Origin: an uncultured virus (IMG/VR IMGVR_UViG_3300049172_000101) | Lineage: Duplodnaviria > Heunggongvirae > Uroviricota > Caudoviricetes | IMG/VR virus record: IMGVR_UViG_3300049172_000101 | Direction: 5' to 3' (one strand) | Length of the DNA stretch: 64,000 bases | In this document: in pieces, positions 36,631 through 45,666 of the stretch | How the letters are laid out: the number at the start of each line of letters is the position of its first letter | Numbering within the stretch: the first letter of the stretch is position 1 | The notes under the pieces: model-generated | Database searches by the model: none | Told to the model about the DNA's origin: nothing | Seen by the model: the letters and a program-made list of their open reading frames with translations, nothing else | Program-made: the position numbers and the translations under genes

Positions 36631-36653
36631 CTCCCGTGCCGCGACACGACGAA

Positions 36654-36693
36654 GCGCCCCGCTCTCCCGCCGGCTGGCGGAGAAGCGGGGCGC
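36654..36693. terminator. Hairpin between the recombinase and the lysis operon
   Basis: GCGCCCCGCT-CTCCCGCC...GGCGGAGA-AGCGGGGCGC. Confidence 0.65.
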
Positions 36694-36700
36694 AGTCGTG

Positions 36701-36859
36701 TCACGCGGGCTCGTCGTCGGCCGGCCAGTCCGGTTCGAGGAACGGGTTCGTGGCCGGCGCCGGGATCGGCGGGAGGTCTTCCTGCCCGAGCTGCACCAGC
36801 GACCTGGCATCCGCGGCCGTGTCGTCCCGACGCGGCCGGAGGGGAATCGGATCCGGCAT
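36701..36859 (-). CDS. Small protein at the end of the lysis operon
   Basis: GGAG RBS; MPDPIPLRPRR. Confidence 0.55.
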   Translation of the reverse strand: MPDPIPLRPRRDDTAADARSLVQLGQEDLPPIPAPATNPFLEPDWPADDEPA

Positions 36860-36861
36860 GG

Positions 36862-37188
36862 TCACACTCCAGTTCGGTTGCGGCTTTCCCGCTGGGCTTG
36901 CAGCAGGATGCGGATGCGCTGCGCGATCAGCGCGCTGATCACCAGCGCCAGTGCCGTTCGAACCCACCGCAGGATGACGGCGATGCAGCCGTCCGGCCAC
37001 AGGGTGACGAGGACGGTGTACAGGAACAGCAGCCCGATCGCGGCCGGCAGTCCCATGAGGTTGCGGCCGGTCTGGGACCGCCACCACGTCGTCTTCACGT
37101 GGTAGATGACGACGAATGCGGCGCAGACCAGCGTGGCCAGTGCCGACGCGATCAGGTTGACCCACATGTCGACACCCATCTCTCTCAC
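36862..37188 (-). CDS. Holin-like membrane protein (3 TM)
   Basis: Hydrophobic helices with WWRSQTGRNLM loop; within the lysis cassette. Confidence 0.7.
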   Translation of the reverse strand: MREMGVDMWVNLIASALATLVCAAFVVIYHVKTTWWRSQTGRNLMGLPAAIGLLFLYTVLVTLWPDGCIAVILRWVRTALALVISALIAQRIRILLQAQRESRNRTGV

Positions 37189-37403
37189 TACGGTGCTCCT
37201 CTGAACGCGGCCTCGATCCGCTCCCTGAAATGGTTCTCCTCGCGGGCGTGCCGGAGTTTCGCGGCCACAGCAGAGACCAGGGGTTGGCGGGCCTCGGCCT
37301 GCTGGCGTGCCTCCCGTGCCCGCTCCAGGGCCGCTTCGGAGTCGCTCGGCTCGGTGCGGTCACATCCGAGGACGAGGCGCCTGACCCATCCGATCACCGG
37401 CAT
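37188..37403 (-). CDS. Lysis-cassette small protein
   Basis: REENHFRERIEAAF motif; GAGGAGG RBS. Confidence 0.65.
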   Translation of the reverse strand: MPVIGWVRRLVLGCDRTEPSDSEAALERAREARQQAEARQPLVSAVAAKLRHAREENHFRERIEAAFRGAP

Positions 37404-37680
37404 TCACCTCCTCCTCGTCCGCGTGCCCCGGATGGGGCAGGGCGGTGAGGATGTGACCGCCGAGCTTGGCCATCTCCAGCAGCTCACCGGTCTGTTCGTG
37501 CTCGACCTTGCGGGCCGCCTCGCTCTCGAGGAACGCCTGCCGCCAGTTGTCCCTGTCGGTGAGGGCGTCCTCATGGGTCTTCCGGGGTACGAGACGGCCG
37601 GTGAGGACCAGCAGGACGACGACAACGAGGAGCGTGACGGCTCCAGCGTCACCCGGGTTGACGCCGAAGACCTCGCTCAC
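37360..37680 (-). CDS. Single-TM lysis-cassette protein
   Basis: LLVVVVLLVLTGRLVPRKTH followed by a coiled coil. Confidence 0.7.
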   Translation of the reverse strand: MSEVFGVNPGDAGAVTLLVVVVLLVLTGRLVPRKTHEDALTDRDNWRQAFLESEAARKVEHEQTGELLEMAKLGGHILTALPHPGHADEEEVNAGDRMGQAPRPRM

Positions 37681-37713
37681 TGCGCCCTCCCCTTATGTAA
37701 GTGGTGCACTCGG

Positions 37714-38070
37714 TCAGACGCGCGGCGGCTCGGCGGCGGCGGGGCTGGGGGTGGCCGGTGCGACCTGGCCGCGGGTGAGCAGGCCGAGGACGGCGAGCAC
37801 GACCGCGTTGATGGCGCCGACCTGTTCCACCGAGAGTTCCAGGCCGTAGGCGGCGAGGAGCGCTGCGGCGGCTGCGACGAGGCCGGTGAACGCGCTGGGT
37901 GCGATGGGTCGGGTGACGGCGGCGGTGGCTGCGGCGAACACGGCGCTGATGACGGCGACGATCGCGCCTGCCTGTTCGGCGGACAGGCCGAACCCGAACG
38001 TGACCAGCAGCGACAGGCCGGCCGAGACGGCAGCGATGAGGAGCGCGGGCTCCCTACCGAAAGCCTTCAT
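37714..38070 (-). CDS. Holin (4 TM)
   Basis: FGREPALLI...LSAEQ...LSVEQ...RGQV; directly after the endolysin. Confidence 0.8.
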   Translation of the reverse strand: MKAFGREPALLIAAVSAGLSLLVTFGFGLSAEQAGAIVAVISAVFAAATAAVTRPIAPSAFTGLVAAAAALLAAYGLELSVEQVGAINAVVLAVLGLLTRGQVAPATPSPAAAEPPRV

Positions 38071-38072
38071 GG

Positions 38073-39035
38073 TCAGGCTTCCTTCCAGACGAGCGCCGAC
38101 AGGACGGCGCTGGTGACGGTGACGGGGTTCTTCGACGTGTTCAGCGCCCGCACCCGCATGCTCCGGCCGGCGGCGAGGCGCTTCGTCAGCGGCGTGACGT
38201 GGAACGTGCTGCCGCTGGTGCCGATCACTTCGTCGATCGGATGGTCCGCGCGATGCTCGCTGCCCTCGTACTCGGACATGCGGACCTGGACGATGTCGCC
38301 CTTCGGCAGGTCGGAGAGGTTCAGGCTGACGCTGCCGGTGAAGCGCGCGGCGCCGCGGACGAAGACGGAGCTGTTCGTCGCGTGGTCGTCGGCTTCGTCG
38401 GTCCACTCGCGCGTGAACTCGAGGCTGTCCCACACGCCGGGCTTGAGCGTGGCCGCCTTCGCGAGACCAAGGTTCACGTAATCCGGCATACCTTCCTCCT
38501 GGTCCTGGCCGGTGGCCCGCGCGACGATCCTCGGGAACACGACCTCACGCCACTGCCTGATCCGGGCCGCCCCAGGGCACGCCGTCCCACTCGTCGACCA
38601 CTGGGGAAAAAGCGAGTGGTAGCCGTAGCCGGGGTCGTCGTGGCTACGGCAGATCCGCAGCGGGATCTCGTGCTCCTGGTGCAGCCAGACACCGAGACGG
38701 ACGAGCGTCTCGATCTGCTCCTCGGTCCACGGGTCCGACCCCGCCGTGTTCGACGCCGTCTCCGCGCTCACCGCACCCGTGCCGTCCGGTCTTCGGTTGG
38801 CCCCCGCGTTCGCGTCCGCCCGGGTCTGCGTGCCGATGTACTGGGCCACGCTGCCGTCGTAGCCCACCCCGAAATGGGACTCCAGGTTCGTGGAGTCCCG
38901 CCAGAACTCGTATGTGCGCTGCGGCGTCCACGGTGCGACGATGCTGTGCACGATGAACTGCGTCGGCTTGATGGCCTGCTGCTGGTCGCTCTCCGGCTGC
39001 AGCTCCAGCTTCTGCGCGAACGGGCACCACGCCAT
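38073..39035 (-). CDS. Endolysin, N-acetylmuramoyl-L-alanine amidase (Amidase_2)
   Basis: FIVHS, ESHFGV, RADAN, SAET, GYHS and TACPG Zn-amidase motifs. Confidence 0.9.
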   Translation of the reverse strand: MAWCPFAQKLELQPESDQQQAIKPTQFIVHSIVAPWTPQRTYEFWRDSTNLESHFGVGYDGSVAQYIGTQTRADANAGANRRPDGTGAVSAETASNTAGSDPWTEEQIETLVRLGVWLHQEHEIPLRICRSHDDPGYGYHSLFPQWSTSGTACPGAARIRQWREVVFPRIVARATGQDQEEGMPDYVNLGLAKAATLKPGVWDSLEFTREWTDEADDHATNSSVFVRGAARFTGSVSLNLSDLPKGDIVQVRMSEYEGSEHRADHPIDEVIGTSGSTFHVTPLTKRLAAGRSMRVRALNTSKNPVTVTSAVLSALVWKEA

Positions 39036-39352
39036 CAGGGGCCGTCCTCGGTCTCGGGCGGCGGGGTGTAGCCGGACAGGGTCGAGGCGACCGCCGGGGT
39101 GAAGCCGCCCGCCACCAGGGCGTCGTAGGCGCTCTTCTTCAGTGCGGTCTCGGCGGCCTGGGCTTCCTCCTGCCGCTGCGCGGTGGCCGCCTGCAGCTCG
39201 GCCAGCTCCGCCTGGTACTCGGCTTCGCTCACGATCCGGCCGGGCTTCACCAGCACCGGCTCCGGGGCGCCGGCCGGGACCTGCATCAGTCCGACGGATC
39301 CGTCGTCGTACACGACGTGGTATGTGGTGACCTCGTCAGTGGGGGTGGACAC
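39035..39352 (-). CDS. Small partner of fibre protein 2 (assembly-chaperone-like)
   Basis: Paralogous to 40375..40797; follows the fibre gene. Confidence 0.65.
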   Translation of the reverse strand: MSTPTDEVTTYHVVYDDGSVGLMQVPAGAPEPVLVKPGRIVSEAEYQAELAELQAATAQRQEEAQAAETALKKSAYDALVAGGFTPAVASTLSGYTPPPETEDGP

Positions 39353-39362
39353 AGCGGCCTCC

Positions 39363-40274
39363 CTAGCGGGTGATGAAGAAAGCGCGGAAGATGTTCTGGA
39401 TCTGCGTGTAGACGGCGCCGCCGGTGCCCTTACCGATCCGCACGTCTCCGGTGATCGTCACCGACCCGCCCGCCGGCACAGTGGCCTGGTACTGGAGCCA
39501 CCGCGAGGACTGCAGGTGGGAGTCGATGAGGGTGGTGTTGCCGTTGTTGAAGGTGAGCCACATCTCCTCGCCGTCCTGCCCGTAGGCGGCGGACGACCCC
39601 GGAGGCAGCGTGAAGTAGACGTCGACTTCGCGCGCAACGAAGAGGCGCGCGGACCGGCACGGGTCGGGGTTGGTGACCGTGACCGAGAACGTGTCCGCCG
39701 GCGTGATCAGGTCGTTTCCGGTCGGTACCGGCACGCTGGGGTAGAACCGCACGTCGAAGTGGTTGCTGTAGTCGGTGCGGGCGCGCGGCTCGCCGTACAG
39801 GCGCCCCGTGGCCGGGTCACAGGCCACGACACCGCCGTTCGTGGCGATGTCGCACGCATACGGCCAGGGCCCGGTGTCGGCGATGAGCGGGTCCTCGGTC
39901 GTTCCCGCGCCGGTGAGGCCGCAGCCCGCCACCAGCTCGGACGCCGGTGCGTACAGGCCGTCGGCGCCCACGGTGAGCGTGTTGCCGGCGGCGTCGGACA
40001 CGTCCGCGGCGAAGACGCCGGTGGCCGGGTCGTAGGTGATGCCGGGGCCGGCGGACAGGCACGGGCGGACCTGTGCGCAGTCCACCGTGCCACCGCCGCC
40101 GGGCGGCACGTACAGGCCGCCGGGGTCCAGGGTGAGTGCGTTGCCGGGGGCGTCGGACACGTCCGCGCCGACGATGTAGGGGTTGTCGGTGGATCCGGCC
40201 CCCTGTACCGAGATGCCGGGGCCTGGCAGGATCACGCAGTTGCAGGCGCCGCCGCCGCACTGGCACTTGGCCAT
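39363..40274 (-). CDS. Tail fibre / receptor-binding-like protein 2
   Basis: MAKCQCGG start; repeated ADVSDAxGNxL...GLY units; C-terminal beta-sandwich. Confidence 0.65.
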   Translation of the reverse strand: MAKCQCGGGACNCVILPGPGISVQGAGSTDNPYIVGADVSDAPGNALTLDPGGLYVPPGGGGTVDCAQVRPCLSAGPGITYDPATGVFAADVSDAAGNTLTVGADGLYAPASELVAGCGLTGAGTTEDPLIADTGPWPYACDIATNGGVVACDPATGRLYGEPRARTDYSNHFDVRFYPSVPVPTGNDLITPADTFSVTVTNPDPCRSARLFVAREVDVYFTLPPGSSAAYGQDGEEMWLTFNNGNTTLIDSHLQSSRWLQYQATVPAGGSVTITGDVRIGKGTGGAVYTQIQNIFRAFFITR

Positions 40275-40300
40275 TCTTCCCTCCGAAGGAGTGGAATTCG

Positions 40301-40318
40301 GCTCGGCCCAAAACCAGC
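40301..40318 (-). promoter_or_regulatory. Late-gene leader box, copy 1
   Basis: GCTGGTTTTGGGCCGAGC, 27 nt upstream of ATG 40274, 10 nt after TATGAT. Confidence 0.8.
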
Positions 40319-40374
40319 AACCGCCACAATCATATGGTTCATCGAGCACCGGTCCGACGACGCAGCGCAGGTCA

Positions 40375-40797
40375 TCACTGCACTGAGGTGTCCTCGTCCG
40401 TCGGGGTGTAGCGGGCCACTCGCGCGGCTACTTCCGCCGGCAGGAGCTTGACCAGCTCCAGGTATGTTTCCCGGGCTTGGGCTTGCTCCTGCGCGAGCTG
40501 CGCGGCCTCCCGGGCGGCTTGCTCTTCCTGCACGGCGGCTGTGGCCGCTTGGAACTCCTCTTCGGTGAGCCGTTCCGCGCCCTCCGGGGTGTGGACGTCT
40601 ACGTCTCCGAACAGGGCTACCGTCCGCAGTCGGCCGTCTGCCAGCCGGTAGTACCGCATCACCAGGGTCGGGGGAGTTTCCTGCGGCGGCTCCTGCGGCC
40701 ACGGGTCCGGCCACGGCTCGTCCGGCGCGGGCTCCTGCGGCTCGTCCGGCGTAGGTTCCTGCGGCTCGTCCACCGGCTCGCCTGTCGTGTCGTCCAC
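40375..40797 (-). CDS. Small partner of fibre protein 1
   Basis: Pro/Glu-rich N-terminus followed by a region paralogous to 39035..39352. Confidence 0.65.
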   Translation of the reverse strand: MDDTTGEPVDEPQEPTPDEPQEPAPDEPWPDPWPQEPPQETPPTLVMRYYRLADGRLRTVALFGDVDVHTPEGAERLTEEEFQAATAAVQEEQAAREAAQLAQEQAQARETYLELVKLLPAEVAARVARYTPTDEDTSVQ

Positions 40798-40799
40798 GC

Positions 40800-41642
40800 T
40801 CACTCCTGGGGGATAGAGAACAGCCACGCGCGCACGTTGGCTTGGATACGGGTGTACGTCGCGCCGCCGGCTCCGCGGTTCAGCGTGATCTGCATGGTGT
40901 GCGTGGTGGTGCCCCCCGCCGGCACTACCAGATTGCTCATCACGCTGTGCTGGCTGTGCCAGAGGTTGATGGCCCCGCTGCCGGTGTTCCGCAGGTAGTT
41001 CACGTCGTCGGCGCCGATGGCGGAGGATGCTGCCCCGCCGTCCGCCGGCAGGTTGAAAATGACGTCCACCTCTTGGTACAGCAGGGCGAACGCAGGCCGG
41101 CAGGGGTCCGGGTTGGGGATCTGCAGCGCGAGGGTGTCCACCACCGTCTCCGTCGACGGCACCGTCCGCGGGCTGGGCAGCAGTTCGTTGACGGACGCCT
41201 GCCGGAACGAGGACCGGAACGGGGGGTCCGTGCGCATCCGTCCGCTGACCGTGTCGCAGTAGACGTTTCCGCCGTTGGTGGCGATAGCGCACGTGTGCGG
41301 CCACGTCGCGGAGTTGACCCGCACCGGGCTGCCGCCCGAGCCGTCCCCGGTGAGCCCGCAGCCCGTGCTGACCGTGGCCGCACCCGTGGGCACGTACAAG
41401 CCGTTGGGGCGCCGCACCAGGTTGTTACCGGCGTCCTCCGACAGATCCACAGAGATCTGACCGGTGGCCGGGTTGTACGTGATCCCGGACCCGTTGGACA
41501 GGCACTGCCGGACCTCCGCGCAGTTGGTGACCGCGCTGACCTCATACGGATTGGCCGTGGAGCCGGAGCCGGTGACCACCGTGTTGTCGCCGGCCTGGAC
41601 GACGCAGTTGCACTGACTGCCGCCGCACTGGCACCTTGCCAT
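40800..41642 (-). CDS. Tail fibre / receptor-binding-like protein 1
   Basis: MARCQCGG start; full-length paralogue of 39363..40274. Confidence 0.65.
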   Translation of the reverse strand: MARCQCGGSQCNCVVQAGDNTVVTGSGSTANPYEVSAVTNCAEVRQCLSNGSGITYNPATGQISVDLSEDAGNNLVRRPNGLYVPTGAATVSTGCGLTGDGSGGSPVRVNSATWPHTCAIATNGGNVYCDTVSGRMRTDPPFRSSFRQASVNELLPSPRTVPSTETVVDTLALQIPNPDPCRPAFALLYQEVDVIFNLPADGGAASSAIGADDVNYLRNTGSGAINLWHSQHSVMSNLVVPAGGTTTHTMQITLNRGAGGATYTRIQANVRAWLFSIPQE

Positions 41643-41668
41643 GCTGCCTCCGGGGAGGAGTACCCACG

Positions 41669-41686
41669 GCCCGGCCCAGAACCAGC
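41669..41686 (-). promoter_or_regulatory. Late-gene leader box, copy 2
   Basis: GCTGGTTCTGGGCCGGGC, 27 nt upstream of ATG 41642, 9 nt after TAGACT. Confidence 0.85.
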
Positions 41687-41745
41687 AGCGCCCCAAGTCT
41701 AGGCGCTGGGCATGCGTCCGGGGGGCCGCGCGCCCGGCGGGGCAC

Positions 41746-42468
41746 TCATCCGTACAGCTCGAGTAGCACGATGCCCGGCTGGCCCTCCTCGCCCGCGACG
41801 CTGCTGCCGTCTCGAGCGAGTCCACCGCCCGCGCCGCCGCCGTAGCCGCGGCCCGCATTACTGCCGGTGGAGGCCCGCTGGATGCCGCCGTGCCCGAAGT
41901 AGGCTTCCCCGCCCACACCGGAAAGGCCGGTGGTGCCGTTGACGCGGAGCGCGCCGCCGCCCGCGCCGCCGCCCATGGCGATCTCCCCGGTGCCGGCATA
42001 CGGTCCGGCGATACCGGAGAAAGCGATCGGGGTGGTGCCGCCCGTCATGACTGCCGGCCCCCCGGCCCCGCCGTTGGCCGTGGCGAAGCCACCGAAGGAG
42101 CTCGCGCCGCCGTCTCCGCCGTCGCGGGCCGAGGTGCCCGCAGCACCACCCCGGCCAACGATCACTGTAGTGGTGGCGCCCAGGGAGGAGACGTCCACCA
42201 TCGTCTCCGAGTAGCCGCCGCCGGCGCCGCCGGGTTGCGCTGCGAGCTGGTCCTGTCCGGCTGACGCGCCTGCGGAGCCGCCGCCGCCTGCCTGCACGCG
42301 AGCCCGCACCCGGGCCAGCCACGGATAGAGCCCCTTTTGGAACGTGTACGTGCCCGGGTCCCGGTACACGACGACGTCCCGTAGGCCCATCGTGCCCTTC
42401 CTGAGGCACAGTTCGCCGTTATCCGAATCGACTACGAAGTAATCGTCACATACGCACGCTCTAGCCAC
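41746..42468 (-). CDS. Glycine-rich minor tail protein
   Basis: AGGGGS, GGAGGGY, GGASSFG and GYGGGAGG glycine-rich domain. Confidence 0.75.
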   Translation of the reverse strand: MARACVCDDYFVVDSDNGELCLRKGTMGLRDVVVYRDPGTYTFQKGLYPWLARVRARVQAGGGGSAGASAGQDQLAAQPGGAGGGYSETMVDVSSLGATTTVIVGRGGAAGTSARDGGDGGASSFGGFATANGGAGGPAVMTGGTTPIAFSGIAGPYAGTGEIAMGGGAGGGALRVNGTTGLSGVGGEAYFGHGGIQRASTGSNAGRGYGGGAGGGLARDGSSVAGEEGQPGIVLLELYG

Positions 42469-42496
42469 TTACGCCCCGCATGTCTGTTTCAGCGGT

Positions 42497-42514
42497 GCCC
42501 GGCCCAAAACCAGC
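42497..42514 (-). promoter_or_regulatory. Late-gene leader box, copy 3
   Basis: GCTGGTTTTGGGCCGGGC, 29 nt upstream of GTG 42468, 9 nt after TACCCT. Confidence 0.85.
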
Positions 42515-42542
42515 GACGCGAAAAGGGTAGCCGCGCCTGCGG

Positions 42543-43040
42543 CTACCTCGCCGTCTCACCGCAGGCAGTCACGTGCACCAGCACGCCGACGCCGACGGGC
42601 ACGGCCGGTAGCAGCCCGAGACCAAGGAGCTGCTGCGTCTGCCAGACACGGACGACGGCACGTGTTGCCGTGACCTCTTCGAGCGCGACGCTCACCGTGC
42701 GATCGTCGGAAGGATTCGGATCGACGGCGAGCGCGCTGATCACCGGCGGCGCAGCGAACGGCTCGGCGAACGTCCACCTGGCGCGGCCGTCCGATGCCGT
42801 GACGACGACGGCCGCGGCCGGCGCTGCTCCGCGCGGACCCCGCTCGCCGGGCGGCCCCTGCTCGCCCTGCTCACCGCGCGGACCCTGCTCGCCCTGCTCA
42901 CCGCGCGGACCCTGCTCGCCCTGCTCACCGGGCCGGCCGGCCGTGCGCGCGGCCGTGCGCGCCTGCCGACTGAGGTCACGCAGGACGCCGCCCATCGGAT
43001 TACCGGGCAGCCGCCGATGCGCCGATCCTCTCGAAGCCAT
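42543..43040 (-). CDS. Minor tail protein with short collagen-like repeat
   Basis: (GEQGEQGPR)n G-X-Y triplets. Confidence 0.75.
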   Translation of the reverse strand: MASRGSAHRRLPGNPMGGVLRDLSRQARTAARTAGRPGEQGEQGPRGEQGEQGPRGEQGEQGPPGERGPRGAAPAAAVVVTASDGRARWTFAEPFAAPPVISALAVDPNPSDDRTVSVALEEVTATRAVVRVWQTQQLLGLGLLPAVPVGVGVLVHVTACGETAR

Positions 43041-44065
43041 CAGTCCTCCAGCTCACTGCTCGCCGGCGCGAGCGTGACTTGAACGCTCTCGCCGTCGCCG
43101 TCCTCTTCGACTTTCACCCCGGCGATCTTCAGCCGTTGCGTCAACGGCCGGCAGGTCGCCTGCGTCGCGACGTCGACGCACCAGCCGGGCACCAGCTTGG
43201 CGACGTCGACGGCCGCCTCCGGTGAAAGCGTCACCCGATCCGAGGAGAGGAAGACGGGCACCGGATAGTTCGCTGCGCGTCGGCTGCGCGCTGCGGCGAG
43301 CGCCGAGCCGCTCGTCTTGACGCTGGCCTCCTCGATGCTGCGCTCCAACAGCCCGTAGTAGGCATTTGCGCCGCCGGAGACGCCCTTCACGCCGCTCGCC
43401 TCGCCGCCGTGGACGATCACCCGCGTCGCGAGCTGCGAGCCGTCCTCGGCGACGATGAGCCCCTCGGGGAAGTCGGCGTCGGTCAAGACCCCGACGCTCG
43501 CCGACCACGTCTCCGGCATGAGCACGATCGTCGAGCCGACGGCCGTGTAGTCGAGACCCGTGTCCGCCAGGTCGCGCAGATGGTCACCGGTCTGCCCCAC
43601 GTCGCGCGTGTACTCGCGTCCCCCATCGACTCCGGCGAGCCCGACCACCTGCACGTCGTGCCCCGGATCGTCCGGAGCGAAGCCGTCCTCGATCAGCCAT
43701 GTCCCGATCGTCGTCAGATCCTCGTTCGCGAAGACGATCGAGTCGTGCGGCACACGGCGATCGAGCCAGACGAGAATGTCGGACGCCCAGAGTTCGACCA
43801 CTCCGAACGACCACTCGGCCTGGATGATCGGCCCTTCCCAGACGGGCACGCCGTCACGGGCGATCGCGAGTTTGTGCCGCCAGGTGCGGACGTTGCCGAG
43901 CGCGGCGCAGCAGTCGCCGTCCGGATGGATCACGACGTGCGCCGTCGAGACGTCGTCGAGGATCCGAGTCCACTCGACGGAGATCAGGACGTCGGCGGCC
44001 GTGATGATCGCCCCGTCACGATCGACGATCATCGCGGTATGCGTGCCGCAGCCGGCCGTAGCCAT
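43040..44065 (-). CDS. Minor tail / baseplate hub-like protein
   Basis: Second gene after the tape measure; W...L.I.RDGVPVWEGPI motif. Confidence 0.75.
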   Translation of the reverse strand: MATAGCGTHTAMIVDRDGAIITAADVLISVEWTRILDDVSTAHVVIHPDGDCCAALGNVRTWRHKLAIARDGVPVWEGPIIQAEWSFGVVELWASDILVWLDRRVPHDSIVFANEDLTTIGTWLIEDGFAPDDPGHDVQVVGLAGVDGGREYTRDVGQTGDHLRDLADTGLDYTAVGSTIVLMPETWSASVGVLTDADFPEGLIVAEDGSQLATRVIVHGGEASGVKGVSGGANAYYGLLERSIEEASVKTSGSALAAARSRRAANYPVPVFLSSDRVTLSPEAAVDVAKLVPGWCVDVATQATCRPLTQRLKIAGVKVEEDGDGESVQVTLAPASSELED

Positions 44066-44089
44066 GAAGCCCCCACGAGAGCGAAGGAG

Positions 44090-44107
44090 GCCCGGCCCAC
44101 AACCAGT
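44090..44107 (-). promoter_or_regulatory. Late-gene leader box, copy 4
   Basis: ACTGGTTGTGGGCCGGGC, 25 nt upstream of ATG 44065, 11 nt after TACTCT. Confidence 0.85.
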
Positions 44108-44131
44108 CGGCTACGAGCAGAGTACGGCGGC

Positions 44132-45475
44132 TCAGTAGCCGCGGCCGGTCACAGCGATCGAGACTGTCGCGTCGTCCGCCGGAGGCACGATCTCATCCGT
44201 CTCCAGGCAGACGACGAGCGTGCCGCAGTCGATCAAAGGCCAGGTCGGTGGCGTGCCGTCGCGGCCCCATACGTTCGTCGACGTCTCGCAGGAGCCGCCG
44301 CACTCGACGACGGCGCGGCCGATCTGCCCGTCGAGGGTGAGCGTCCCGGACGCGGGCACGAACCCGACTTCGAACACGGCGAGCGGATCGCATCGCTTCT
44401 TGTCCGCGACCTGCCCGGCCGTCAAGCCGGCGTCAGCGTCCGAGCGTTCATAGAGAGAGATCGTGAGCCGGCGCAGATCCTCACTGCCGGCGTAGACAGT
44501 GATCACCGGCACGTCCGAGGACCAGGCGGGTCGGCCCATCAAGTCAAGGTCGTAGCACTCCCGGTTCGTCGCGAGCGCCATGCAAAAGCACGACGACGGT
44601 GAGGAAGGCTGCGGAGGAGCCGGCGGCGCGCACGTCGGATCCGCGCAGGCGGCTCCGGCGTCCGGGCAGCCGCGCAGTCGGCAGCCGCCGGGCTGGCACT
44701 GCGGCACCCAGTCCGGGAGCGTGTTGCGGTGGATGCACCACTGGATGCATTCGCTGTCGTCGTCCGTCGGCACGTTGACGGAGAGGATCGGCACCTCGTC
44801 CGTCCACGCCCACGGCGTAGCCGCACTGAGCACGAACTCGACGGTGAGGATGTCGGCACCGGAGGTGCATTGTCCGGCCGCGCAGGAGCCGTCGCCCTTG
44901 CGTGCGGTGACGGTCGGTCCCTGCACGAGCGCGACGCGGCGGAACGTGCGCCGATGCCGCGCCAGGAAGTCCGCCGGCTCCTGGTCCTCGCCGGGGCAGC
45001 AGTTGAACATCTGGACGCAGTCGCCGCCGCACGCCGAGCCGGTGCAGCCCTGCAGGGCCTCGGCGAGCCAGTGGAGCCCGTACTCGACGGCGCAGCACGT
45101 CGCACCCAAGAGGATGCCGGTCACGGTGATCGTGCGGGGCTGCACGCGTGCGGGCCCGAATGCGCCGCCGCCGACGACTGCGTTCGTCACTGAGCGGCGC
45201 ACGGGGTAGTCGTCGACGCCGTCGAAGGCGAGCGGAAGGAAGCCGACGAACTGCGCCGACTCCGGCACGTCGACGTCGTACCAGGGCGCCGGACTGTCGG
45301 GGTCGTCCGGCGTCGTATACGGCGCATGATCGAAGACGTCGTTCGTCAGCGCCTCGCAGCCGCAGACGTCGTCGGCGCCCGACGTCAGCGGGGATCCGAC
45401 CGTCGCCAGGTAGGCGCGCAGACGGGCCGTGTTGATGACCTCAATACCGCCTACCGAAAGGAAGTCGGAGAGCAC
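44132..45475 (-). CDS. Distal tail (Dit-like) minor tail protein, Cys-rich
   Basis: First tail gene after the tape measure; RTITVTGIL, FVLSAATPW and TLTLDGQIGR motifs. Confidence 0.7.
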   Translation of the reverse strand: MLSDFLSVGGIEVINTARLRAYLATVGSPLTSGADDVCGCEALTNDVFDHAPYTTPDDPDSPAPWYDVDVPESAQFVGFLPLAFDGVDDYPVRRSVTNAVVGGGAFGPARVQPRTITVTGILLGATCCAVEYGLHWLAEALQGCTGSACGGDCVQMFNCCPGEDQEPADFLARHRRTFRRVALVQGPTVTARKGDGSCAAGQCTSGADILTVEFVLSAATPWAWTDEVPILSVNVPTDDDSECIQWCIHRNTLPDWVPQCQPGGCRLRGCPDAGAACADPTCAPPAPPQPSSPSSCFCMALATNRECYDLDLMGRPAWSSDVPVITVYAGSEDLRRLTISLYERSDADAGLTAGQVADKKRCDPLAVFEVGFVPASGTLTLDGQIGRAVVECGGSCETSTNVWGRDGTPPTWPLIDCGTLVVCLETDEIVPPADDATVSIAVTGRGY

Positions 45476-45499
45476 GAGCGGACTCCTGTGTCGGAGGAC

Positions 45500-45517
45500 G
45501 CCCGGCCCACAACCAGC
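45500..45517 (-). promoter_or_regulatory. Late-gene leader box, copy 5
   Basis: GCTGGTTGTGGGCCGGGC, 25 nt upstream of GTG 45475, 12 nt after TAAGCT. Confidence 0.85.
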
Positions 45518-45587
45518 AGCGGCGATCTCAGCTTACGGCTGGCTTCGTCGTAGCAGGCGTGGACATGCACCAAGCGACGACAGACCC

Positions 45588-45645
45588 AGTCAACGGGTTG
45601 ACTGGTAAACGGTTTGACCGGTAGGGTCTGGTCAAGTGCTTGACC
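45588..45645 (+). promoter_or_regulatory. Promoter with three 16-bp palindromic operators
   Basis: AGTCAACGGGTTGACT, GGTAAACGGTTTGACC and GGTCAAGTGCTTGACC; TTGACT-18 nt-TAGGGT. Confidence 0.78.
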
Positions 45646-45666
45646 AGGCGACGGGAGTAGTAAACC

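Noticed and set aside
35593..36632. Terminal inverted repeats (AGTTACCG/CGGTAACT) defining a transposon around the second recombinase
   Set aside because: Only 8 bp, overlapping the stop codon, with no target duplication seen.
39035..41642. Diversity-generating retroelement or invertible fibre switch
   Set aside because: No reverse transcriptase; the paralogues are in the same orientation, diverge throughout, and have no flanking inverted sites.
42830..42930. 27-bp tandem DNA repeat
   Set aside because: Explained by the collagen-like GEQGEQGPR coding repeat.
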